Below are positions 27,877 through 35,948 of a stretch of 64,000 bases of DNA, one piece after another. Within the stretch, counting starts at the first letter, position 1; each line of letters opens with the position of its first letter. A program made the translations under genes and the position numbers. A model generated the notes under the pieces. It saw only the letters and a list, made by a program, of their open reading frames with translations. It ran no database searches and was not told where the DNA came from. This DNA is from Bacilli bacterium (GTDB lineage Bacteria; Bacillota_I; Bacilli_A; RF39; UBA660): NCBI GenBank assembly GCA_017622175.1, contig JAGARQ010000029.1:30002-94001 (forward strand). The letters are read 5' to 3'.

Positions 27877-28433
27877 ACTGGCATCACCACCCCAAATTCT
27901 GTAGTACTTCCACCATTTAGGAAGTTTTCTAAGATTATTCTTAAATCTGCATTACTTGCTTGAGCTGATGCCATTCCGCAAGATGCTAAACCATTAATCA
28001 TCATTCTTACTCTTTTTGCTAAAAGATCAGGGTCTTTTGATTTAAATAAAAAATAATATTCTGTGTCTACAATGTTGTTATTAATAAATGTTTGTCCTTT
28101 ATTAATATCTTGCATAATTAATTTTCTAATTGCTGGTGTATGTGCTTCATTAAATAGAAGTTGCATTTGAGATAGGTAAACAGAAATGTCTACTGGTCTA
28201 TCAGCTACTACTAACCAGAATTCAAAATCAATTGTATTATAAAAGTTTTTTAGACTAATAAGCATATTATCTTGTGCTATTGGGTCTAAGATAAAAATAT
28301 TTTTTGGAGATATTTTAACTCCTGTTACTTTGTAATTATCCTTTGTAATAATCATATTGTTTTGGATACCTCGCACTGGTAGCCAATCTTCTGTATAACC
28401 ACTACTTACGTTTTTTGATGACTTTTTCGCCAC
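27873..28433 (-). CDS. VirB4 N-terminal-domain-like protein, translationally coupled to VirB4
   Basis: 186 aa. The stop overlaps the VirB4 start (GTATGAGT, ATGA overlap at 27873-27876). TEDWLPVRGIQNNMIITKDNYKVTGVKISPKNIFILDPIAQDNMLISLKNFYNTIDFEFWLVV resembles the N-terminal segment of long Firmicute VirB4s as I recall them. The GTG start overlaps the upstream ORF by 32 nt. Confidence 0.5.
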   Translation of the reverse strand: MAKKSSKNVSSGYTEDWLPVRGIQNNMIITKDNYKVTGVKISPKNIFILDPIAQDNMLISLKNFYNTIDFEFWLVVADRPVDISVYLSQMQLLFNEAHTPAIRKLIMQDINKGQTFINNNIVDTEYYFLFKSKDPDLLAKRVRMMINGLASCGMASAQASNADLRIILENFLNGGSTTEFGVVMPV

Positions 28434-28728
28434 TTCTAAAACACCAACCTTTCCATCTATATGTTTGATTCGTTGTTATAAATTCATACATTTCAATTAG
28501 GATATTAAGTATGTTATGGTAATAAGGTACAGGTAAAACTAAAAATCCAGTAATAAGCGCAGGGCTCAACACTAGTATAGTTACAAATGTTGAGCTTAGC
28601 GGCATAAATGCTAGAAATATAAATGTTATTAAAATACCTGTTCCAAATAACACCAAATCAAATGGTTTAAACATTCCAAGTATTAATTTTCCCTTTTTTG
28701 TATTGGCGGGAATTAAATAGTTACGCAC
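28402..28728 (-). CDS. PrgI/TcpE/VirB3-like small 2-TM T4SS protein
   Basis: 108 aa. IPANTKKGKLILGMFKPFDLVLFGTGILI followed by a second TM. Lies immediately upstream of VirB4, as for PrgI/VirB3. GTG start 9 nt after AAAGGAGTG. Confidence 0.55.
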   Translation of the reverse strand: MRNYLIPANTKKGKLILGMFKPFDLVLFGTGILITFIFLAFMPLSSTFVTILVLSPALITGFLVLPVPYYHNILNILIEMYEFITTNQTYRWKGWCFRSGEKVIKKRK

Positions 28729-28751
28729 TATGTATCACACTCCTTTTATTT

Positions 28752-30815
28752 CTATGGTCTTGGAGGTGGTCCACCAGGTCCTCCACCAGCCCATGGATAA
28801 GCATCATCTGTAAGTCCTGTATAACCTTCTTTAGTATCTGATTCATATGTATAATGTTGTCCTGTTGTTGTTGGATTTCTGTGTGCTGAATCAATTGATG
28901 CATCTGGCGGTGTTTGAGCATCTAAAATTGGATTTCCAGCTTCATCAAGTGCAACACCTCTGTATTGTACTTCGATTGGTCCTGCATCACCAGCATCATA
29001 TGTATATGTTGTATCTGTTGAAGTTGTGTGAACTTTTCTTGCTGAACGATATGTGTCTTGACGAATGTCAATTACACGTGGTGTTGTACCAAGTACACTT
29101 CTTTGTTCTTCCATTGTTTTAACAACTTTAGCAGCTTTTCCAGCTCTAGATGAAGCATTTTGATATGCATCATATAGTTTTTCATATCTATCACGTGCAG
29201 CTGCTTTTCCTGCTGCATCAGATGTTTCGTAATCCATTTTTGCCATTTCCATTTGTTTTTGTAATGCCGCTGCTCTATCATCCCAAGTATCTTGTTCATA
29301 TTTAGCTGCAGCAAGGGCATTACGTCCAATACCAAGTTCATTGGCACGTCTTTCTCTTGTTTCATAGTTAAGTCTATCTTGCATGTATCCAGCAAGTCCA
29401 CCATGAGCATCTTTATCTCCAGTTCTAATTTTAGCCATTGTATCGCTGTTTTGTGACCAGATAGCTCCAAGTGGAACAGCTTTTCCTTGATTGTATCCTT
29501 GAGTAGCTGCTTCTGTTCCTTGCATTGCTCCGTAGGCAAATCCTTTTAGACCACCACCACCAGCAAGCATTGCTGTTCCTCCAAGTAATCCTGCAAGTCC
29601 AACATTTGAACCAGCTCCCTTGATTCCAAGAATATCTTTTATAAACTTAGGTGCTTGTTTTACGAAGAAGAATAATCCTATCCAGATAAAGATACAAGAT
29701 AATACTCCAACAAGACCTGTTCCTGTATTGATTACAATTCCATTAACAATCATATCTTGAATTAGGAATATTACAAAGTAGATTACTGCTAAATGAATAA
29801 ATAATTCTAAGTATGTTGATGTTAAGGCTTTTGTCCAAGCACCAAATGCTCCATCTTTTTCTGATTTTGGATCGATGTAACTAATAATTGGAATTGGTGC
29901 AAGTAAACGTAATACTGCTAATTTTACTGAACGAATTGCAATTGTAATAATTTCTCCTAAAAGGATATAAATAAAGATTGCTGCTACAATTGTAGATACA
30001 ATTGGTAAATATGCAAATACATATCTATCTCCAGTAAATAATCTTGTAAAGAATGCTGCCATTGTATCAAAGAAACCATCATTACCTTGATATTCACAAC
30101 TTGCATTTACTAATGATAATATTTGATTTGGACTTGCTTCTAAATCTGCATAGGCATCTAAAACATCTTGTTCAATAAAGTCACAAACTCTATCGTCTGG
30201 ATTTGTTTCATCCATACCACCAGATTCTTTCATATTAATTCTTACAAATCCTTTAAGGATTGTTGAGGTAAACATATTAGCAGATTTTTTTAGTTTTTCT
30301 GCTTGAGTTAATGCTGTATTGGTTCCTCCACTTCCACTAGAACCAGTTCCATCATTTGTTCCTAATATTAATCTACCTAAAGTGTTGTTTTCTAAAATTC
30401 TATCTTGCAACTCATATAATGTACCAAATAATAAACCGTTATTATTAAGATTAATTTCATAACTACTTCGCGCTCCTGGAATATTAATTGGAGTTAATAC
30501 TGTTAACATAATTAGAGCAAAAATAACCCTACTGATTATGCTCGAAAATCCTGACTTTTTATCTGTAAAAGTATCAGGATTGATTATACCTTGAATAATT
30601 GAAACTCCAAGTTTAAATAGCATGAATACACCTATAATCATTTGAACACGACCATAGAATTTTTGTACTGTATCATTTGCAAAAATATCTGCACTTGCTA
30701 CGTTAAACAAAATTTCATACATTCCACCTAGTAATATGTATGCTGCTTTATCTAACAACGCGAATAAACTTCTAAACAAGTCGTTTATCGTGTTGGCTGT
30801 CATATAATCTGTCAT
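28752..30815 (-). CDS. VirB6/TcpH/ConG-like polytopic T4SS channel protein with ~270-aa hydrophilic C-terminal extension
   Basis: 687 aa. At least 6 TM helices in the first ~400 aa, interrupted by a Gly/Ser loop (GTNDGTGSSGSGGTN). Position between VirB2-like and VirB3/VirB4. The C-terminal region is soluble, partly coiled-coil-like, and ends WAGGGPGGPPPRP. Confidence 0.6.
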   Translation of the reverse strand: MTDYMTANTINDLFRSLFALLDKAAYILLGGMYEILFNVASADIFANDTVQKFYGRVQMIIGVFMLFKLGVSIIQGIINPDTFTDKKSGFSSIISRVIFALIMLTVLTPINIPGARSSYEINLNNNGLLFGTLYELQDRILENNTLGRLILGTNDGTGSSGSGGTNTALTQAEKLKKSANMFTSTILKGFVRINMKESGGMDETNPDDRVCDFIEQDVLDAYADLEASPNQILSLVNASCEYQGNDGFFDTMAAFFTRLFTGDRYVFAYLPIVSTIVAAIFIYILLGEIITIAIRSVKLAVLRLLAPIPIISYIDPKSEKDGAFGAWTKALTSTYLELFIHLAVIYFVIFLIQDMIVNGIVINTGTGLVGVLSCIFIWIGLFFFVKQAPKFIKDILGIKGAGSNVGLAGLLGGTAMLAGGGGLKGFAYGAMQGTEAATQGYNQGKAVPLGAIWSQNSDTMAKIRTGDKDAHGGLAGYMQDRLNYETRERRANELGIGRNALAAAKYEQDTWDDRAAALQKQMEMAKMDYETSDAAGKAAARDRYEKLYDAYQNASSRAGKAAKVVKTMEEQRSVLGTTPRVIDIRQDTYRSARKVHTTSTDTTYTYDAGDAGPIEVQYRGVALDEAGNPILDAQTPPDASIDSAHRNPTTTGQHYTYESDTKEGYTGLTDDAYPWAGGGPGGPPPRP

Positions 30816-30843
30816 TTTTTAATCACCTCTTTTTTGCTCTAAA

Positions 30844-31911
30844 CTATTGTAATCCACAGATTCCACTTGATGTTATATTAAATAGTTCTAATAGCGCTCC
30901 AATTAAATCTGGTAAGAAGAATAAACTGGCAGCAAGAATTAATCTTATGATTAATTTACTTTGCGCTTTTTTCATACCATCATCGTCACCCATTACAACA
31001 ACTTTAGCAAAATCTATACCGCTCATTACAACTACTATAAATGGACCAATTAATTTAATCCAATTAAATATAATTTGTAAGAAATATGCTACTGAATTTG
31101 GATCATTGTAACTACCTAAGATACTGTTATCTCCAGTACAATCTTGATTTTGATTATAATCTTCTAACCATTCATCCATATCAGGGTCACCATATGCTGC
31201 GTGATATGCTCTAGCACTTGTTTCTTGACCATCTGTTAAACTATAACCACTTTCTTTTTTATTAGATAATAAATATACATAAACGTCATTTTCTTTTTTT
31301 ACATTTCTAAATATTAATTCATGATTATCTAATAATGTGTTATCTATTTTAATTTCTAATTTATTATCTTTATATACTTTAAATATTGAGTCGTTTGTTG
31401 AATCAAAGTTTAGTCCATCAACTGACCATTCTTTAGTTCCATCATCTAATACTCTTATGTATGGGATAAAATAGTTATCTTCATTATAAATTCCTACACT
31501 ACTAAGAGCAGTAGTCTCTACTGCTTTTTTTACAGAAATATTTGTGTTTGAATCAAATTCATATGCACTTATTGTAGTACATTTTCCATTACATTCATCT
31601 TTACTTTTAGGATTATTAAACACAGTTGTAAAGATTTCTGTTTCTTCAATTGTGATTGTTGGACAAACATAACTATTACTATTTTCTTTTGCTAATTTTA
31701 AATATTTTTTAGCAAAGTCTTGTTCATGATACCAATTATTTTTTCCATCTTCAAATGGCAATTCTGTTTTACCATTAATTGTATAAACTAATTCTTTATC
31801 TTGATATTGATATTTACATGTTACCTTTGCTTCTTTTGCATTAATATTATTTGGTATAAGCAGTGCTACTAATACTGCTAAAATTAAACCAAAAAGTTGC
31901 TTTTTTTTCAT
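30844..31911 (-). CDS. Secreted protein with C-terminal VirB2/TrbC-like two-TM hairpin
   Basis: 355 aa. Signal peptide MKKKQLFGLILAVLVALLIPNNINA, ~250-aa ectodomain. The C-terminus IGPFIVVVMSGIDFAKVVVMGDDDGMKKAQSKLIIRLILAASLFFLP is homologous to the 106-aa ORF upstream. Confidence 0.55.
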   Translation of the reverse strand: MKKKQLFGLILAVLVALLIPNNINAKEAKVTCKYQYQDKELVYTINGKTELPFEDGKNNWYHEQDFAKKYLKLAKENSNSYVCPTITIEETEIFTTVFNNPKSKDECNGKCTTISAYEFDSNTNISVKKAVETTALSSVGIYNEDNYFIPYIRVLDDGTKEWSVDGLNFDSTNDSIFKVYKDNKLEIKIDNTLLDNHELIFRNVKKENDVYVYLLSNKKESGYSLTDGQETSARAYHAAYGDPDMDEWLEDYNQNQDCTGDNSILGSYNDPNSVAYFLQIIFNWIKLIGPFIVVVMSGIDFAKVVVMGDDDGMKKAQSKLIIRLILAASLFFLPDLIGALLELFNITSSGICGLQ

Positions 31912-31950
31912 AAGATCACTCCAAATACATTATAACATATTAAGTATAAC

Positions 31951-31986
31951 AAAAGAAAAAAAAAATAGCAATTTATTTACTATTTT
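31951..31986 (-). terminator. Weak hairpin / possible attenuator after the VirB2-like gene
   Basis: 7-bp AT-rich stem AAAATAG (31962-31968) / CTATTTT (31980-31986), 11-nt loop. Followed on the minus strand by about 10 T's. Weak stem. Confidence 0.25.
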
Positions 31987-32003
31987 TTATTTTTTGCTTT
32001 ATA

Positions 32004-32324
32004 TTATACTGATTCCCAGCAAGACCACCAATTTCCAGTATTTCCAGTTCCACCTTTAGCAACAACATCCATTACTGCTTTTACTAGGAATACTACGAAG
32101 AAAATTAGCGCTGCATAAATAGCACGTTTGATTAATCTACTTTGTGCTGCCTTAACTTCTTTTTCATCACTTGCAATTACTGCTTTACCGAAATCGATAA
32201 CTGCATATACAAGTAATGCAATTGGAATAACAATATATACAATTGGGAATAACCCGTTTTTAACTAAACTTACTAGTGGGTCTAATCCTCCACAAGCTGA
32301 AGCTAATTGAACTAATTCTAACAT
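32004..32324 (-). CDS. VirB2/TrbC-like pilin-type T4SS protein (two-TM hairpin)
   Basis: 106 aa. Two TM helices joined by a charged loop: FPIVYIVIPIALLVYAVIDFGKAVIASDEKEVKAAQSRLIKRAIYAALIFFVVFLV. Strong RBS GAAGGAGAGG. Size and topology match VirB2/TrbC and the pilin-like conjugal transfer proteins of Firmicutes/Mollicutes. Confidence 0.55.
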   Translation of the reverse strand: MLELVQLASACGGLDPLVSLVKNGLFPIVYIVIPIALLVYAVIDFGKAVIASDEKEVKAAQSRLIKRAIYAALIFFVVFLVKAVMDVVAKGGTGNTGNWWSCWESV

Positions 32325-32379
32325 ACAAACCTCTCCTTCAATGTATATAATACATTATATCATTTTTTTTGTCAAATAT

Positions 32380-33459
32380 TTAACGTCTAAATAAACCAAA
32401 TATTTTTCCAGAACCATTACCACCTTGGGTTATTTGTAATAAACCAATTTTAGCAAGTAATTCGGTTACAATTTCATTTTTCTTTCTATCGTTTACTGGT
32501 GGTAAATTAAAGAATGATTTGATTCCTGCTTCATACTCTAATTCACTTACATCTTTACTAGTTAGTAAACTTTGATTGAAAACGATTTTTTTATCTTTTA
32601 TTTTTCCAAAAATATTTTTGTTTTTTCTAATTAATTTATTTAATTTTAATGTGCTTGGTTCTAATAGATATATTACATCATCACAAATTGAATTATCTTC
32701 ATAATCATTTAAATCTATTAGAAGTACAGATATTCCACTATATCTTTCAATTAGTGTTTTTACATCATTTGTTGTTGTTGATAACATATTTTTATCATTG
32801 TAGAATTGAAAATCATTTTTGTTTATTTCTACTGCAACAACATTGTTTTCACCAAATACTGATGCTAATTCTTTTTTAAACATATAAATTAAACTTGTTG
32901 CTCCTGCATGTTCTGTAACATTTCTAACTCCAACTTTTATAGTTCTTGCCATGTTACCTTGCTGAACTTGAACTTGATGATGAGCAGGTGCAATAAATCC
33001 TCCACCTGCTGGAGCATGTTGTTCTTCTACTTGTTCTTGAGCTGGCTCTGGTTGTTGAAGTTCTTCAATTACTCCACCACCCATTTGTTGGATATGAGCC
33101 ACATCATTATATGTATTTGAATTTTTTAGTAAATATTTAACCCCATCAATATTTGTTGTGAAATTATATATTCCTAAGGTTACTAGTTTAGCTAAGAAAG
33201 TTGGAGTACATAGACTACTACCTTCTGGAATATAGAAAATAATTTTATCAGCATCTAAACCATCTGCTAATGTCTTATATTCTAAGATATTATTATAATT
33301 TTTTATTGCTGTTACATCTAGAACCATTTTACTATAGAAGAAATTTTTAAACATTTCAACTAATTCATTAGAACTATATGCACCAGTTATGCTTTTAATA
33401 ATATCGACATCTAAGTTAGCCATTTGACTTTGTTGTTCATTTGAAACTATTACGTTCAC
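32380..33459 (-). CDS. TadZ/CpaE-like protein: receiver-like N-domain plus ParA/MinD-like domain with degenerate Walker A
   Basis: 359 aa. N-terminal ~125 aa with CheY-like beta/alpha periodicity, then a Q/P-rich linker (QQPEPAQEQVEEQHAPAGGGFIAPAHHQVQVQQG). IKVGVRNVTEHAGATSLIYMF stands in place of KGGxGK[ST]. VLLIDLN is Walker-B-like. GTG start. Confidence 0.45.
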   Translation of the reverse strand: MNVIVSNEQQSQMANLDVDIIKSITGAYSSNELVEMFKNFFYSKMVLDVTAIKNYNNILEYKTLADGLDADKIIFYIPEGSSLCTPTFLAKLVTLGIYNFTTNIDGVKYLLKNSNTYNDVAHIQQMGGGVIEELQQPEPAQEQVEEQHAPAGGGFIAPAHHQVQVQQGNMARTIKVGVRNVTEHAGATSLIYMFKKELASVFGENNVVAVEINKNDFQFYNDKNMLSTTTNDVKTLIERYSGISVLLIDLNDYEDNSICDDVIYLLEPSTLKLNKLIRKNKNIFGKIKDKKIVFNQSLLTSKDVSELEYEAGIKSFFNLPPVNDRKKNEIVTELLAKIGLLQITQGGNGSGKIFGLFRR

Positions 33460-33482
33460 TCTGTATCACTCACCCTTTACAA

Positions 33483-33953
33483 CTATTTCATAACTATAGG
33501 CTTTGTATCACCTGAAATTTGGAATATCTTTAGTCCAGGTAATATTTTATTAATGATTGGTATGTCTATATTAATTTGTGTAACTACTTTAAAATAGGCT
33601 CTATCTTTTGTATCTTGCGTACTACCAACTTGAACTGAATTCATTGGTATTTTCTTAATACAATATCCTGCTCCATCACCACAATCCCATTTTGCACCAT
33701 TTTCTTCATCTTTTAAATCTAAGTTTGGCGCATTATATCCTAGAGAATTCATATATGATTGTATTTCTAGGTGACAATCATTTGTTGGGTCTACTTCACA
33801 TTGACCTTCATATTGCTCTATTGTTGAGATAATTTTATTTTTTACTCTGAATGCTTTAGTATAGTTAACATTGAATGCTAAATATCCAGAGACTAGTGTA
33901 AGGAACACAACGATGATAGCTAAGTTTGCTACCCCACCAAAAGCATCACGCAT
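33483..33953 (-). CDS. TadE/TadF-like pseudopilin candidate
   Basis: 156 aa. MRDAFGGVANLAIIVVFLTLVSGYLAFNV is a short polar leader ending in Gly-Gly followed by a hydrophobic helix. Four Cys in the ectodomain. Lies directly downstream of the Flp-like ORF. Confidence 0.45.
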   Translation of the reverse strand: MRDAFGGVANLAIIVVFLTLVSGYLAFNVNYTKAFRVKNKIISTIEQYEGQCEVDPTNDCHLEIQSYMNSLGYNAPNLDLKDEENGAKWDCGDGAGYCIKKIPMNSVQVGSTQDTKDRAYFKVVTQINIDIPIINKILPGLKIFQISGDTKPIVMK

Positions 33954-33971
33954 TTAAACACACCTTCTTTA

Positions 33972-34139
33972 TTACTTTTCTACAATTACAGTACTAACTC
34001 CACCTGCAGTGATGTTGTCCCATTGAGCATTTAATGACTTTTGAATATTTGGCCACATAACCCAGAAGAATCCGATAACTGCAGCGATTGCTACTAATGT
34101 AATAACTGTTAAGTTTAATTCACCTGTCGCATCTTTCAT
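33972..34139 (-). CDS. Flp-like prepilin (55 aa), absent from the ORF track
   Basis: Hand translation: MKDATGELNLTVITLVAIAAVIGFFWVMWPNIQKSLNAQWDNITAGGVSTVIVEK. ATG at 34139, TAA at 33972-33974. RBS AAAGGATGG. Short charged leader ending in Gly plus a ~22-residue hydrophobic helix. Occupies the canonical flp slot between tadC and the tadE-like gene. Confidence 0.6.
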   Translation of the reverse strand: MKDATGELNLTVITLVAIAAVIGFFWVMWPNIQKSLNAQWDNITAGGVSTVIVEK

Positions 34140-34172
34140 TTACTTTTACCATCCTTTCATTATCATAATTTT

Positions 34173-34201
34173 ATTATAACAAAATAATATTTGTTAAACA
34201 A
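34173..34201 (-). promoter_or_regulatory. Internal sigma-A promoter driving the Flp-like pilin gene
   Basis: Minus strand reads TTGTTT (34201-34196), 17-nt spacer, TGtTATAAT (extended -10, hexamer 34178-34173), about 35 nt upstream of the pilin ATG. Confidence 0.5.
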
Positions 34202-34217
34202 CTTTTTTTTAGTTGGT

Positions 34218-35024
34218 TTACATACTGAACATTGATAGCATTGCTATTAAAATAATAAGCATTACACCAACACCAGTAACAACAAGCATTACCATAGTTT
34301 GTGATTCCATAAATCCTAAACGTTCTTTATATTTTGTTTCACGAGCTTTATTTTGTAATGCTGAAACTGTTTTTGAGAACATCATTAAACGTTCTTGTTT
34401 CTTTTCTTGAGAACCAAGTCCTAAACGATATAATAAACGCATCATACGCATTGAATCTCTTACTGGATATGTATTTGCAAATTCCATATAAGGATCAATT
34501 GTTGCATCACCGGCATTGATTCTATCTATTAATTTTCTAAGTCCAGGTTTGAATATTTCAGGAGCATCGTCAATTGATTTTCCTAAGGCTACTGGAACTG
34601 TATAGTGTTGAATTAATATTTCCAAACTCTTTAAATAGTATGGCAACATAATATCAATTTCATGTAAATGTTTTTTATAATAACTTTTTAATTGTGAGTA
34701 TGATGATTTAAATACTACAAAGGCAACTACTCCTGCGATTGCTAAGTATAAGAAGAATTCAGATCCTAATGTGTCTTGATTTCCACCACTTACTGCAAAT
34801 CCTAAAACGATAAAAAATGTAATGATTGCATAAGTTACTCTTTGCATATATAGTTGTTTAGTATCAACATTATCACCATATCTTGCATATACTAAGAATT
34901 CATAGTCTTTTTCTTTTAGTGCTTCTAGATATTTTTCGTTATCTGCGAAGAATTTATTCTTATCAATGGTATTATTGTAAATTAATACAAATAGTATAAT
35001 TGCACCTATAATTAATACTTCCAT
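34218..35024 (-). CDS. tadC: TadC-like platform protein (T2SSF domain)
   Basis: 268 aa. TM helices flank a cytoplasmic helical domain (LKSLEILIQHYTVPVALGKSIDDAPEIFKPGLRKLIDRINAGDATIDPYMEFANTYP), as in GspF/TadC. Second of two such genes after tadA. Confidence 0.6.
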   Translation of the reverse strand: MEVLIIGAIILFVLIYNNTIDKNKFFADNEKYLEALKEKDYEFLVYARYGDNVDTKQLYMQRVTYAIITFFIVLGFAVSGGNQDTLGSEFFLYLAIAGVVAFVVFKSSYSQLKSYYKKHLHEIDIMLPYYLKSLEILIQHYTVPVALGKSIDDAPEIFKPGLRKLIDRINAGDATIDPYMEFANTYPVRDSMRMMRLLYRLGLGSQEKKQERLMMFSKTVSALQNKARETKYKERLGFMESQTMVMLVVTGVGVMLIILIAMLSMFSM

Positions 35025-35026
35025 TA

Positions 35027-35929
35027 TTATTCAGCTCCTACATTTTCATTATAATATTTTTCTCCTTTTAGAAGGAAATATGTATTTACTATAATTACTG
35101 CATGTAATAAGAATTGAACATACCATCTTTCTAATAGAAGAATGTAACTTTCATTACCTAATAAAAGTTGTACTAACATTACTAATAGGTATAATGTAAT
35201 ACCGAATGTTAGGAAGTTCTTATGGAAGGAAGATCTTTCAATACGGTCACGATATACGCTTTCAATTAACATGTCGATATCTAATTGCATATTATCAAGT
35301 GAATCGGCTGAGTTTCTTGCTCCTTCTTTTGTAATTTGTAAGAATAATTGGTGCATATTTTTTACTATATAATAAGGATATAATTCACTCATGTACTCTA
35401 ATGCTTCATCTATTGTACCATTGTCATATGATAATTCAATCATATGATTTACATCACTTAGAACAGGGTCTTCAAGAATACCTGAGTTTCTAACTCCTTC
35501 TAATGATTTAACAAATGATTGTGTTGTTGCAAATTCCATAATAACGTTTGATGTATATACTTGGATTTGCTCAAAGATAAATTCACTATAAACTCTTTTA
35601 CATCTTAAATAAGCTAAGTAAGGAACAAATGTTACAGCAATAACTGCATACATTAAACTAATAACAATATTATAAAAATATAAATAAGTTATTCCTGCTG
35701 CACCTCCTGCAAAGATACATATTTGCATTACATATTGCTTTGTTGTATATTCTTGCCCTAATTCTTTGGCTTTTTCTCTTACTACTTTGAAGGAGAATGG
35801 TGCGTATTTTTCATAGATTGTTGTAACTTGTTCAGTAATAAATTTTCCTACGTTTTGACCTTTGTAATTTCTATATAAGAAAACACCAACAATAATCACT
35901 ATAATTATTAATAGTTCTTCTACATACAT
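35027..35929 (-). CDS. tadB: TadB-like platform protein (T2SSF domain)
   Basis: 300 aa. SFVKSLEGVRNSGILEDPVLSDVNHMIELSYDNGTIDEALEYMSELYP plus flanking TM helices. Directly downstream of tadA. Confidence 0.6.
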   Translation of the reverse strand: MYVEELLIIIVIIVGVFLYRNYKGQNVGKFITEQVTTIYEKYAPFSFKVVREKAKELGQEYTTKQYVMQICIFAGGAAGITYLYFYNIVISLMYAVIAVTFVPYLAYLRCKRVYSEFIFEQIQVYTSNVIMEFATTQSFVKSLEGVRNSGILEDPVLSDVNHMIELSYDNGTIDEALEYMSELYPYYIVKNMHQLFLQITKEGARNSADSLDNMQLDIDMLIESVYRDRIERSSFHKNFLTFGITLYLLVMLVQLLLGNESYILLLERWYVQFLLHAVIIVNTYFLLKGEKYYNENVGAE

Positions 35930-35948
35930 ACAAACACACTCCTTTCTA

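Noticed and set aside
28402-28433. Programmed ribosomal frameshift fusing the VirB3-like ORF to the 186-aa VirB4-N ORF across the A-rich overlap
   Set aside because: The frame change required is +1 (or -2). The A-run (ATCAAAAAACG) is not a canonical X_XXY_YYZ -1 heptamer in the zero frame. A GTG start with an upstream purine-rich stretch is the simpler explanation.
28721-29539. Same-strand alternative-frame ORFs 28721-28921 and 29072-29539 inside the VirB6-like gene
   Set aside because: Their translations are Gln/His/Lys/Met-rich with no features. They are fully nested in the C-terminal extension of the 687-aa ORF, which reads through continuously from a good RBS.
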